Source: an uncultured bacterium (GTDB lineage: Bacteria > Muiribacteriota > Ozemobacteria > Ozemobacterales > Ozemobacteraceae). From it: DNA of 64,000 nt. Shown here piece after piece: positions 44,633-53,270 of the stretch. Position 1 is the stretch's first letter; every line of letters starts with the position of its first letter. The notes beneath the pieces are model-generated. The model was not told where the DNA came from and did not search any database. It worked only from the letters and a program-made list of their open reading frames with translations. The position numbers were made by a program, and so were the translations under genes. Location of the stretch: NCBI GenBank assembly GCA_900317935.1, contig ONIU01000004.1:2139-66138 (forward strand), written 5' to 3'.

Positions 44633-46154
44633 AGCAAAAATACTTGTAATTGACGATGAACATAGCGTCAGATGGGCTTTTGAAAAAGCTTTACAGAAAG
44701 CTAACTATGAAGTTGCATTGGCAGATAATGGATTAAAAGGTTTGAATCTTTATTATGAATTTAAGCCTGATATTACCTTTGTCGATATAAGAATGCCTGA
44801 AATGGACGGCCTTCAGATATTGGAAAAAGTCATGGCTGATGACCCCAAGGCTTTAATAATAGTTATGACAGCTTATTCTGATATGGAAACCACTGTTAAT
44901 GCTATGAAACTCGGGGCTTATGATTTCCTTACAAAACCTTTTAATATTGATGAATGTTTATCTCTGATTTCAAGAGGTTTAACTGCTAGAAATTCTTCTA
45001 AAATAGCTGAGTTAGGTGTTCAAGCACCGAAATCTAGTGCCTTAAAAGGTAATAGTGCTGCAATGCAGGAAGTCTATAAATTAATAGGTAAGGTTTCGGG
45101 CGAAGATGTTAGCGTTTTGGTCTGTGGGGAATCGGGCTGCGGCAAAGAATTAGTTGCTCAGGCTATTCATTTTAATTCAAGACGTTCTGCTAAACCTTTC
45201 TGGCCGATAAACTGCACTGCAATAAGTGAAAGTTTAATGGAATCAGAATTTTTCGGCTATGAAAAAGGCGCTTTTACTGGTGCTGCGACCTCTAAGCAAG
45301 GTATGTTTGAATTGGCACAAGGCGGAACTATATTCCTCGACGAAATAGGTGATATGAACCTGGAAATGCAGGCCAAACTTCTAAGAGTTTTGGAAGAAAG
45401 AGAAATTGTTAGAGTTGGCGGTAATAAAAGAATTAGCGTAGATGTAAGAGTTATTGCTGCCACAAATAAAGATTTGAGAAAACTAATCGTTGAAGGAAAA
45501 TTCCGTGAAGACCTTTATCACAGAATAAAAGTTATTGAAATCAAACTTCCGCCTCTCAGAGAAAGAGTGGAAGATATTCCTCTTCTAGCAAGATATTTTT
45601 GTTCTATATTAGCTGCTCAGAGAAGAGGGGTTCCTAAAAGTATGTCTGATGAAGCTATTGAACTTCTTTGTGCCTATTCCTGGCCTGGAAATGTCAGAGA
45701 ATTGCGTAATGCTATAGAACAGTCATATACTCTTAGCAGAGACCAGTTGATACTTCCAGAACATTTACCAATAGAAATAACTAAGGGCGTAACTCAACCT
45801 TCAACAGCTAAGAGTGCTTCTACTTCAAATATTCAAGTTGTTATTCCTGAAGAAAAAGTCTCTGCAGAAACCCCTGATAAAACACTAACTGCTACCTCTT
45901 CAGATAAAAATGATACTTTGTATGCTTCAGCTTCAAATGAAACCCCTGAAGATTTAGCTGTAAAAATGTTGATAAAGAGGCTTCTTGATAGAGCGCCTGA
46001 TGGAGATGCATACAGCTATGTTTTAGGTGTTTTTGAAAAGGAATTATTAGCTCAGAGTTTGGAAAAACATAAGAGAAATCAGGTTCAAAGCGCTTCTCAG
46101 CTAGGTATAACAAGAAATACGCTTAGAACAAAGATGGAAAAGTATCATTTGTGA
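44622..46154 (+). CDS. sigma-54-dependent response regulator (NtrC family)
   Basis: REC domain (VIDDEHSV..., FVDIRMPEMDG). AAA+ domain with GESGCGKE and ESEFFGYEKGAFTGA. C-terminal Fis-type HTH ASQLGITRNTLRTKMEKY. Overlaps the upstream gene by 11 nt. Confidence 0.92.
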   Translation: MSDKAKILVIDDEHSVRWAFEKALQKANYEVALADNGLKGLNLYYEFKPDITFVDIRMPEMDGLQILEKVMADDPKALIIVMTAYSDMETTVNAMKLGAYDFLTKPFNIDECLSLISRGLTARNSSKIAELGVQAPKSSALKGNSAAMQEVYKLIGKVSGEDVSVLVCGESGCGKELVAQAIHFNSRRSAKPFWPINCTAISESLMESEFFGYEKGAFTGAATSKQGMFELAQGGTIFLDEIGDMNLEMQAKLLRVLEEREIVRVGGNKRISVDVRVIAATNKDLRKLIVEGKFREDLYHRIKVIEIKLPPLRERVEDIPLLARYFCSILAAQRRGVPKSMSDEAIELLCAYSWPGNVRELRNAIEQSYTLSRDQLILPEHLPIEITKGVTQPSTAKSASTSNIQVVIPEEKVSAETPDKTLTATSSDKNDTLYASASNETPEDLAVKMLIKRLLDRAPDGDAYSYVLGVFEKELLAQSLEKHKRNQVQSASQLGITRNTLRTKMEKYHL

Positions 46155-46231
46155 GATGTAAGACTTAAGTTATAAGTTACAAGATGTAAGATATAAGACT
46201 TTATTCTTATGTCTTAATCTTAAATCTCGTA
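46155..46231. repeat. heptamer words in inverted orientation forming a hairpin
   Basis: GATGTAA GACTTAA GTTATAA GTTACAA GATGTAA GATATAA (46155-46196), then TTCTTAT GTCTTAA TCTTAAA TCTCGTA. Stem AAGATATAAGA (46188-46198) / TCTTATGTCTT (46205-46215). Confidence 0.85.
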
Positions 46232-46250
46232 AAAGAAAGGAAATAAACAA

Positions 46251-46514
46251 ATGCCTATATATGAATTTGAATGTAACGAATGTCATAAAACTTTTGAAAA
46301 ACTTTGCTCTATGAAAGAAGACCTAAGCCAGGTTTCCTGCGAATTTTGCCATGTAAAGAATGTTAAAAAAAAGATGTCTTCTTTTGCTACAGGTAATCAA
46401 AGAACTTCATTTAATCTTGGCGGTGGTGGCGATTCTCATGAACATTCACACTCACATTCAGATGGATGTTCCTGCGGTAGTTGCTCTACTCACGATTGTT
46501 CTTGTTGCCACTAA
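46251..46514 (+). CDS. FmdB-family zinc-ribbon protein with His/Cys-rich tail
   Basis: MPIYEFECNECHKTFE...CEFCH (CxxC...CxxC). C-terminal HEHSHSHSDGCSCGSCSTHDCSCCH. Confidence 0.8.
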   Translation: MPIYEFECNECHKTFEKLCSMKEDLSQVSCEFCHVKNVKKKMSSFATGNQRTSFNLGGGGDSHEHSHSHSDGCSCGSCSTHDCSCCH

Positions 46515-46853
46515 TCTTTTGTCGTTTACACATAAAATATAAGCAAATTTAGTGTTACGCTACGCTGTGGGACATTTCATTGTGGGACGGCGACTTGCGT
46601 CGCCCGTGGGATATTGTTTGGAATAGTTCGAATAGTTCAACGTTCAAAGAGTTCTAATTGTTAAAATCGTTAGAATTGTTGGAAGAGTGAAAAGGGTGAG
46701 AAGGGTTGTAAGTGTTCAAGTTTCAAATGGTTCTATAAGCCTACACATTTGTCATAAAAAGTATAGCGTATGGGCTTTAGCCCTGAAAGCTATACGTTTA
46801 TGACAATGGGTAGACTACAAATAACCGATACCCTACAACCGCCAAACGATATC
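46515..46853. repeat. intergenic mosaic D
   Basis: Module R2 at 46557-46615 with hairpin GGCGAC-TTGC-GTCGCC (46589-46604). Module R3 at 46621-46654. Inverted CTCTTCCAAC module at 46676-46725. Long palindrome at 46749-46806. Confidence 0.9.
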
Positions 46854-49730
46854 CTAGAACGGCTTTCCGCAAGTATTGCAGTAATATTCTCCAGCAGGAT
46901 TAACTGCCCCACAATGTGGACAATTCTTCTTCGGCCCCATGACCTGAGGTGCAGTTTTCTGTTGCGGTTCTTGAGCGACAATATCTTTGTTGGGTTGTAT
47001 TAAATCACTAAAATTGGATAAACCACCTTCACCATTACCTGTTAAAGCGTCTATGCTTGGCAGACTATCTGCTCCAATACTGTCATAATCTGGATAATAA
47101 GATGAATTCTGCCTTGGTATATTGCTTGTCTGGTTTTGTTGTGTGTATTCAGGATAGTAGCCTTGTCCATTAGGATTTTGAACCAGATTGGAATTGCTTG
47201 GATCTTGTGTCTGACTTAGATTAAGATCAGAAGGCAATGGGGGTTGATTTGAATTATTTTGCATATTAGCGTAAATCTGCTGTTGAGCTAATGTTTGTTG
47301 GCTAAAGTCGTAATTTGGTTGCTGCTGATTGTAGTCATAACCTTGAGGTTGACTATAATCCTGGTTATAACCGAAAGAATTGTAGTCTGGCTGTTGCGAA
47401 TTATTGGATGAACCATAATAGTCAGGAAATTTTTCTTTGATAACAGCTAGCAGATTATTGGATTCTTCTGTATTACCGACAGCTTTATGATTTTCCATAA
47501 GAGCAACGTAATACTCAGGTTTATCTGGACATACTTTAATTGCTTTTTCAAAGGTTTTAATTGTTTGTTGGTTATAAGTCTGACGGCTGAAATAAGTGTC
47601 AGCCAGATAGGTTAATGCTTCTGTGTCATTGGGATTAAGAGATACATATTTGGCTATATATTCTTGACCAAGTTTATGGTCTGCTTTTAACTGCATGTAT
47701 GTCTTAGCAAGATACTCAATAACATCAGTTCTATTTTCATTTAATTTGAGAAGACCTTGAATTTGTTCCAATGCAACAGGTGTTGATAAACCAAGAGCCA
47801 TTGCTGTTTCACCTGCTATATTACGGGCTAGCGGAGAACGAGAATCTCGTTTTAAATAATCTGTAATCAGTTTGTAGGATTGGTCAAATTCGCCTTTCTT
47901 TTGTAAAGCAGCAGAGTAGAGCAACATAACGAGCTTCATGTTGTCTGCATCTTCTTTTTCATATCGCTGTTTTAAAAAGTCATAATTAGCTTCATAGTTA
48001 CCTGATTCTTTGATTTTTTCAAGTTTGGCATTTATTCCTTCTCTTCTGGAATGTCTTAGATATTCGTTTATCTTAGGCAATACCAGTATTATTATGGTAA
48101 TTAAAAAGATAATTATACCAGTAATGGCTTTCCAGCTTGTTAAAGTCATAATAAGCAATGTTTTGCTAGCACTGCTTTTGTATTTTGAAGTACCTTTTTT
48201 TACTAGTTCTAAGTATTTTACTGCTTCTTCTTGATTGCCTTGCTTATATGCATAGACACCTTTGGAATAATTATATATGCCTATATATTGGTCATTGTTT
48301 TCTAGTGGATTAACCGCTTTTGATGCTTCTTCATATTTCTCTAAATTCAAATAGGATTCTGCTAAAAGATTTGATATGGTTTCCTTATTTTCTGGGTATT
48401 TTGTTAATAAACTTTCTCCTGTTTCTGCAGAATTTTCATAATCCTTAGAATCAAAATAATCCTGCATTTTTGAAAGCTCTTTGATATACTGATTTTGACG
48501 TTCTAAGGCCTTCTTTTTGTCTTTTTTAAGATCTTCTATTTTTTGAGCGATTTCTTTATCTGACGGGTTTAATTTTAATGCTTTACTAAGAGATTCAATT
48601 GCTTCGTCATACAACTTATCTTTTTCATATTTTTTTGCTTCTCTTTTAAAATTATTTATAGAATCTTCTCTTTGACGTTTGGCGTCTTCTTTGCGTCTCT
48701 TAGCTTCTTCTGCTTTATCTTTTGCATCTTGAATTTCTTCTAAGGCTTTTACAACCAATTCATTTTTCCCTAGTAGTTCTTCATTGTCTGGGAAGCTTTG
48801 AAGTGCTTCATCTATTTTTGTATAAGCATTTTCATAATCTTTTTTGTCTATAAGCTTATTTATTTCTGCTAAATAATTATTGACTTGAATCTGTTTTTCT
48901 AAGTTTTCTATTTTGTTTTCTATTTCCGATTGATTAGAGACTGCAGCCTTAGAAGCTAGCTTTAATGTTTCAATGGCTTTTTGGTAATCTTTCTTTTCTA
49001 TTTCTTGTTCTGCCTGGTCTAAAATCTTTTTTACTTTTTCTTCGGCTTGATTCTTTATTTGCCTTTTTAACCCATATAATTCGTCATTGCTTTGCCTTAT
49101 TTTGCTGGCATAATTAAGGAAGTCTTCTGATTTATTATATTCTCCATCATTGTAATAAGCTTTTGCAACCATTACTAGAGCTTGCTGAAGATTCTTATCA
49201 TCACCTTCTTCTAGAAGTGCTGTGTTATTCCTATATAAGTAGTCACCTTCAGCTTTTATTTTTTTAAACTCGTTATTGTCCCACCATTGCTCAAATAAAG
49301 AAAGCCAAACTTTTGTCGCTGCTGGATATGCATGACATGCTTTTAATTGGTATTCTTGCTTTTTGGCAGTCTGTCCGTTTGTTTGTGCTACCTTTGCAAA
49401 ATTCATATAGATAGCACCTAAAGCCTTTTGAATATCAATTTCAGAAGGATTTGCCTTTTTGGCTACTATTAAACATTTTTCAGCTTCGTCTAATCTTTTT
49501 AGTTTAATTAATACTTTCCCTGCATTAAAATTGGCTTCCCAGTTGTCAGGGTCTAAGTCAATCGCTTTTTTAAAGCTTTCATAGGCTTTGTCATATTGAA
49601 ATAGATTTGAGTAGTCTCGTCCCGTTTTAATAAGAGTATCAACTGCTTGTGCATAACAAGTGCTGGTAAAGATTATTGCTATGAATATAAATATATTTAT
49701 TAAACGAAAACTAGAAATATTTGTCTGCAT
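46854..49730 (-). CDS. bitopic TPR-repeat protein with Q/N-rich region and C-terminal zinc ribbon
   Basis: Signal-like N-terminus, many TPR-like helices, a mid-protein TM (ITGIIIFLITIIILVL), a Q/N/Y-rich tract and C-terminal CPHCGAVNPAGEYYCNTCGKPF. Confidence 0.8.
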   Translation of the reverse strand: MQTNISSFRLINIFIFIAIIFTSTCYAQAVDTLIKTGRDYSNLFQYDKAYESFKKAIDLDPDNWEANFNAGKVLIKLKRLDEAEKCLIVAKKANPSEIDIQKALGAIYMNFAKVAQTNGQTAKKQEYQLKACHAYPAATKVWLSLFEQWWDNNEFKKIKAEGDYLYRNNTALLEEGDDKNLQQALVMVAKAYYNDGEYNKSEDFLNYASKIRQSNDELYGLKRQIKNQAEEKVKKILDQAEQEIEKKDYQKAIETLKLASKAAVSNQSEIENKIENLEKQIQVNNYLAEINKLIDKKDYENAYTKIDEALQSFPDNEELLGKNELVVKALEEIQDAKDKAEEAKRRKEDAKRQREDSINNFKREAKKYEKDKLYDEAIESLSKALKLNPSDKEIAQKIEDLKKDKKKALERQNQYIKELSKMQDYFDSKDYENSAETGESLLTKYPENKETISNLLAESYLNLEKYEEASKAVNPLENNDQYIGIYNYSKGVYAYKQGNQEEAVKYLELVKKGTSKYKSSASKTLLIMTLTSWKAITGIIIFLITIIILVLPKINEYLRHSRREGINAKLEKIKESGNYEANYDFLKQRYEKEDADNMKLVMLLYSAALQKKGEFDQSYKLITDYLKRDSRSPLARNIAGETAMALGLSTPVALEQIQGLLKLNENRTDVIEYLAKTYMQLKADHKLGQEYIAKYVSLNPNDTEALTYLADTYFSRQTYNQQTIKTFEKAIKVCPDKPEYYVALMENHKAVGNTEESNNLLAVIKEKFPDYYGSSNNSQQPDYNSFGYNQDYSQPQGYDYNQQQPNYDFSQQTLAQQQIYANMQNNSNQPPLPSDLNLSQTQDPSNSNLVQNPNGQGYYPEYTQQNQTSNIPRQNSSYYPDYDSIGADSLPSIDALTGNGEGGLSNFSDLIQPNKDIVAQEPQQKTAPQVMGPKKNCPHCGAVNPAGEYYCNTCGKPF

Positions 49731-49891
49731 TATGAATGAGCCTGACTACTTTTAAATCTTTTAACTCAATATATTTAAAGATATTGTTTCTTCTCTAAAA
49801 TATATAACCTAAAAACAATATTAAAACAACTTTAAAAAATATTTAATAAGCTTTTTATATTATTAATAATATTTTAACATTATATTTATTA

Positions 49892-49920
49892 TTGACTTAT
49901 GTGCACAATATCATTATAAT
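49892..49920 (+). promoter_or_regulatory. candidate sigma-70 promoter of secDF
   Basis: TTGACT (49892-49897), 17 nt spacer, TATAAT (49915-49920). GGAG RBS before ATG 49963. Confidence 0.55.
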
Positions 49921-49962
49921 TTTGCTACTTATTTTTGACCTATATTGCATGGAGTTTTTTAA

Positions 49963-51645
49963 ATGAAGAAAAATAATTTATCTAAGATTCTCGTGGTAGT
50001 GGTCATATTCTTGATTTCAGTAATATGTACATTACCATCCACCCCCATTTGGGAAAGCGCTTTTGGTAGCCTGTCAGCAGATGAACAAACTGGTGTTCCT
50101 ATTGCTTCGTTTGTTTATGAAGATGATGTTGCAAGCAATTCTTGCCTTCTTACTATTTCTGTCAACAAAATGGCAGAAGTATTCAATAGGGCAAAAAATG
50201 CACCTAGTTATGAAGAACTGCTCGATAAAGTAAGTGATGCCGTTCGTGTTAAATTGAACAACATTGAAGGAGTTCATGCTGAATATACTAAGACCGATAT
50301 GGTCGAAAAGAAAGCTACTTTACGTATTAATGGTAAAAAGAAGGATGAATTAAAGACCATAATTGCTAATTCTAAACTCTATGCAAAACTTCCTCTTGAA
50401 ATAGCAAAATTATTCCCTCAAAAGAAAATCACTTTGGGTCTTGACCTTAAAGGCGGCTTAGACCTCGTTTATCAGGTTGATTTAGATTCTATCCAGGAAG
50501 GCGATAGCATTGCTGATGCTGTTAATCGTTCTGTTGAAATCATAAGAAACCGTATTGACGTTTTCGGTATTGCTGAACCAAGTATCAAGGCTCAGGAAGG
50601 CAATCGTATAAGAGTTCAGCTTCCTGGTGTTAAGGATCCTGAACGTGTTAAACAGTTGATCCAGAATACTGCAATGCTTCAGTTCCATCTTGTTGAAGAT
50701 CAGGCTGTTAATGCTTCTGAATTAGAACCTGTTATGCCAGATGAAAAGCTTCTTATGTCCAAAGGCGGAGCTAATCAGATGCCTTTGTGGTACAAGCTTA
50801 AAAGAAAACCAGATATTACTGGTAGCGATTTAAAATTTGCTAAAGTTGCTTTTGAAGAAATGGGTCAGCCAATAGTTCATATTGAATTTAACGGCAACGG
50901 CAGAATGCTTTTCGGTAAATTGACTGGTGAAAATGTTGGTAGACAACTCGCCATCGTTCTTGATGACAAAGTTTATTCTGCTCCAACTATTCAGACTAGA
51001 ATTACTGGCGGCAGCGCTCAGATTACTGGTCATTTTAAACTTGAAGAAGCTCAGGACTTAGCAACTGTATTAAAAGCTGGTGCTTTACCTGCTAGCTTAA
51101 TCGCTCTTGAAAGCAGAGTTGTTGGCCCAACTCTTGGTCAGCAATCTATTGAAGCTGGTTTTGTTGCAGGCGGTTTGGGTTTCATTCTTGTTATTATTTA
51201 TATGTTGGTATTCTATAAGACTTGCGGCGTTATTGCTGACATCGCAGTTATTTTCAATGCTCTTATAGTATTCGCTTCATTAGTTATTTTTGGCGGAACA
51301 ATGACATTGCCTGGTATCGCTGGTTTTATTCTTTCAATAGGTATGGCTGTTGATGCTAACGTAATTATTTTCGAAAGAATACGCGAAGAATTCAGATCTG
51401 GAAAAACAGTAAGAGCAGCAATTGCTTCCGGTTTTGATAGAGCATTTACTTGTATATTAGACTCTAACGTTACCACATTGCTGGTTGTTGCTATTCTGTA
51501 TTCCTTCAATTCTGGTCCAATTAGAGGTTTTGCTACTACATTAGGTATTGGTTTGGTTGCAAACCTTTACACTGCTGTATTCTTCAGCAAACTCTGCCTA
51601 GAATATTGGTTTAATGGCCATCCAGACAGAAAACTTGGACTTTGA
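49963..51645 (+). CDS. secD: protein translocase subunit SecD
   Basis: LGLDLKGGLDLVYQV, RIDVFGIAEPSIKAQEGNRIRVQLPG, and a C-terminal 6-TM core. Confidence 0.93.
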   Translation: MKKNNLSKILVVVVIFLISVICTLPSTPIWESAFGSLSADEQTGVPIASFVYEDDVASNSCLLTISVNKMAEVFNRAKNAPSYEELLDKVSDAVRVKLNNIEGVHAEYTKTDMVEKKATLRINGKKKDELKTIIANSKLYAKLPLEIAKLFPQKKITLGLDLKGGLDLVYQVDLDSIQEGDSIADAVNRSVEIIRNRIDVFGIAEPSIKAQEGNRIRVQLPGVKDPERVKQLIQNTAMLQFHLVEDQAVNASELEPVMPDEKLLMSKGGANQMPLWYKLKRKPDITGSDLKFAKVAFEEMGQPIVHIEFNGNGRMLFGKLTGENVGRQLAIVLDDKVYSAPTIQTRITGGSAQITGHFKLEEAQDLATVLKAGALPASLIALESRVVGPTLGQQSIEAGFVAGGLGFILVIIYMLVFYKTCGVIADIAVIFNALIVFASLVIFGGTMTLPGIAGFILSIGMAVDANVIIFERIREEFRSGKTVRAAIASGFDRAFTCILDSNVTTLLVVAILYSFNSGPIRGFATTLGIGLVANLYTAVFFSKLCLEYWFNGHPDRKLGL

Positions 51646-51668
51646 TAAGGATAGGAGGATAAAAGACC

Positions 51669-52625
51669 ATGAATTTTCGTTTTATGGATAACAGATATAC
51701 GTTTTATTTCATTTCTGGAATATTGATTGTTGCTTCAATATTGTTGCTTTGTATTAAAGGTTTGAATTATGGTATCGACTTTAAAGGCGGTAATATTCTT
51801 CACGTAACATTTGATAATCCTACCAATGAAACTCAGATTAAAGATGCTTTTAAGAAAATTGGAGAAAGCAATACTCTTTATCTTTCTGATTTCGCTTCTG
51901 GTTTGGTTGTTCAGAATGTTTCTAACAGCAAAGTTAAAGACAGAGAATTCATCATTCAGTATCCAGCCTCTAAGAAAGATAGTCTTGAAGCTTCAAAATC
52001 TCATGACGTTATCATTTCTAGCCTCAAGAAGCTTCTTCCATTTTCTACTGAAACTTTGGAAGTATCTAATATTGGTCCTACTATTGGTGAAGAAATGAAG
52101 AAAAACGGTATTATTGCGGCTGTTATTTCTTGTATAGGTATTCTTTTGTATCTGGGCTGGCGTTTCGATTTCGCTTCTGCTTCAGGTGTTGTTTTGGCTA
52201 TCATTCACGACCTTATTATTACTCTTGGCTTTATTTCTGCCATGAGAATCGAATTTGATACTACCGTTCTAGCCGCAGTATTAACACTGTTAGGTTATTC
52301 TGTTAATGACTCAATTGTTATTTTTGACAGAATTCGTGAAAATATCAAAATCAGCAAAAATGATGTTACATATGGTACAATAGTAGATAACTCTATTAAT
52401 CAGTCTCTTAGCAGAACCGTAAACACTACAATTACAACTCTGTTAGCTTTGATTGCTTTGACTCTTTATGGTGGCAATTCTATCTATGGTTTCTCTGTTG
52501 CACTCACTTTCGGTAGTATTATGGGTACTTTCTCTTCTAACTGTCTTGCAGCTCCTTTGGTTTCTGATTTGTTCAAATTAGAAAAGAAGACCAAAAACTC
52601 TGAAGGACTTTCTTCTAAGATCTGA
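51669..52625 (+). CDS. secF: protein translocase subunit SecF
   Basis: GIDFKGGNILHV, LLGYSVNDSIVIFDRIRE. Confidence 0.93.
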   Translation: MNFRFMDNRYTFYFISGILIVASILLLCIKGLNYGIDFKGGNILHVTFDNPTNETQIKDAFKKIGESNTLYLSDFASGLVVQNVSNSKVKDREFIIQYPASKKDSLEASKSHDVIISSLKKLLPFSTETLEVSNIGPTIGEEMKKNGIIAAVISCIGILLYLGWRFDFASASGVVLAIIHDLIITLGFISAMRIEFDTTVLAAVLTLLGYSVNDSIVIFDRIRENIKISKNDVTYGTIVDNSINQSLSRTVNTTITTLLALIALTLYGGNSIYGFSVALTFGSIMGTFSSNCLAAPLVSDLFKLEKKTKNSEGLSSKI

Positions 52626-52636
52626 TTGTAATTAAT

Positions 52637-52668
52637 AAAAAAGCCGCTTAGATTAAGCGGCTTTTTTA
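52637..52668 (+). terminator. intrinsic terminator after secF
   Basis: AAGCCGCTTA-GAT-TAAGCGGCTT (52641-52663) followed by a T-run. Confidence 0.85.
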
Positions 52669-52687
52669 TTAATCTATCATCTCTTCC

Positions 52688-52820
52688 ATCTTAAATCTTA
52701 TATCTTATATCTTAAATCTTAAATCTTATATCTTATATCTTATATCTTAAATCTTATATCTTATATCTTAAATCTTAAATCTTAAATCTTATATCTTATA
52801 TCTTATATCTTATATCTAAA
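52688..52820 (+). repeat. tandem heptamer array, 18 perfect units ATCTTAA/ATCTTAT plus terminal ATCTAAA
   Basis: Counted directly. Unit order is A T T A A T T T A T T A A A T T T T. The array ends 3 nt before the dtd ATG. Confidence 0.95.
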
Positions 52821-52823
52821 AAA

Positions 52824-53270
52824 ATGAAAGCCTTGATTCAAAGAGTAGAAAAAGCATCTTTATCTGTTGACAATAAACTTATTTCTGAAATTTCAAATGG
52901 AATAGTCTGTTATCTTGGTATTGGAAAAGGAGATACAGAAGAAAACCTGAAATGGCTTGCTAAAAAAACTGCAGGACTTCGCATTTTCCCTGATGATGAA
53001 GGAAAAATGAACTATTCTGTTTTGGATAAGGGATACGATATACTGGTTGTTTCACAGTTTACGCTTTATGGTGATATTAGAAGAGGGTATCGCCCCAGTT
53101 TTATTGAAGCAGAATTACCTGAAATTGCTAATAAAATGTATGAAGAATTCTGCTCTGAATTAACTTCATTAGGAGTAAAGAAAGTCGCTAAGGGAGTTTT
53201 TGGCGCAGATATGCATATAAACCAATTTAACTCAGGACCTGTTACAATTATGATTGATACGTCAAAATAG
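52824..53270 (+). CDS. dtd: D-aminoacyl-tRNA deacylase
   Basis: MKALIQRV..., SQFTLYGD, NSGPVTIMIDT. Confidence 0.92.
   Translation: MKALIQRVEKASLSVDNKLISEISNGIVCYLGIGKGDTEENLKWLAKKTAGLRIFPDDEGKMNYSVLDKGYDILVVSQFTLYGDIRRGYRPSFIEAELPEIANKMYEEFCSELTSLGVKKVAKGVFGADMHINQFNSGPVTIMIDTSK

Noticed and set aside
43550-46250. A sigma-54 promoter (TGGCAC-N5-TTGCW) near the NtrC-type activator or in any other spacer.
   Set aside because: I found no convincing match while reading the spacers. Weak partial matches were not better than chance.
46621-46654. GTTCGAA strings (also at 60813-60847) that resemble a tRNA T-arm.
   Set aside because: No acceptor stem, anticodon arm or D-arm can be drawn around them. 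They are part of the tandem GAATAGTTC word module R3.
52688-52820. Whether the regular short repeats are CRISPR arrays.
   Set aside because: The units are 7 nt, directly abutting with no spacers. No cas genes are in the window, and nothing here has a 24-40-nt repeat/spacer periodicity.
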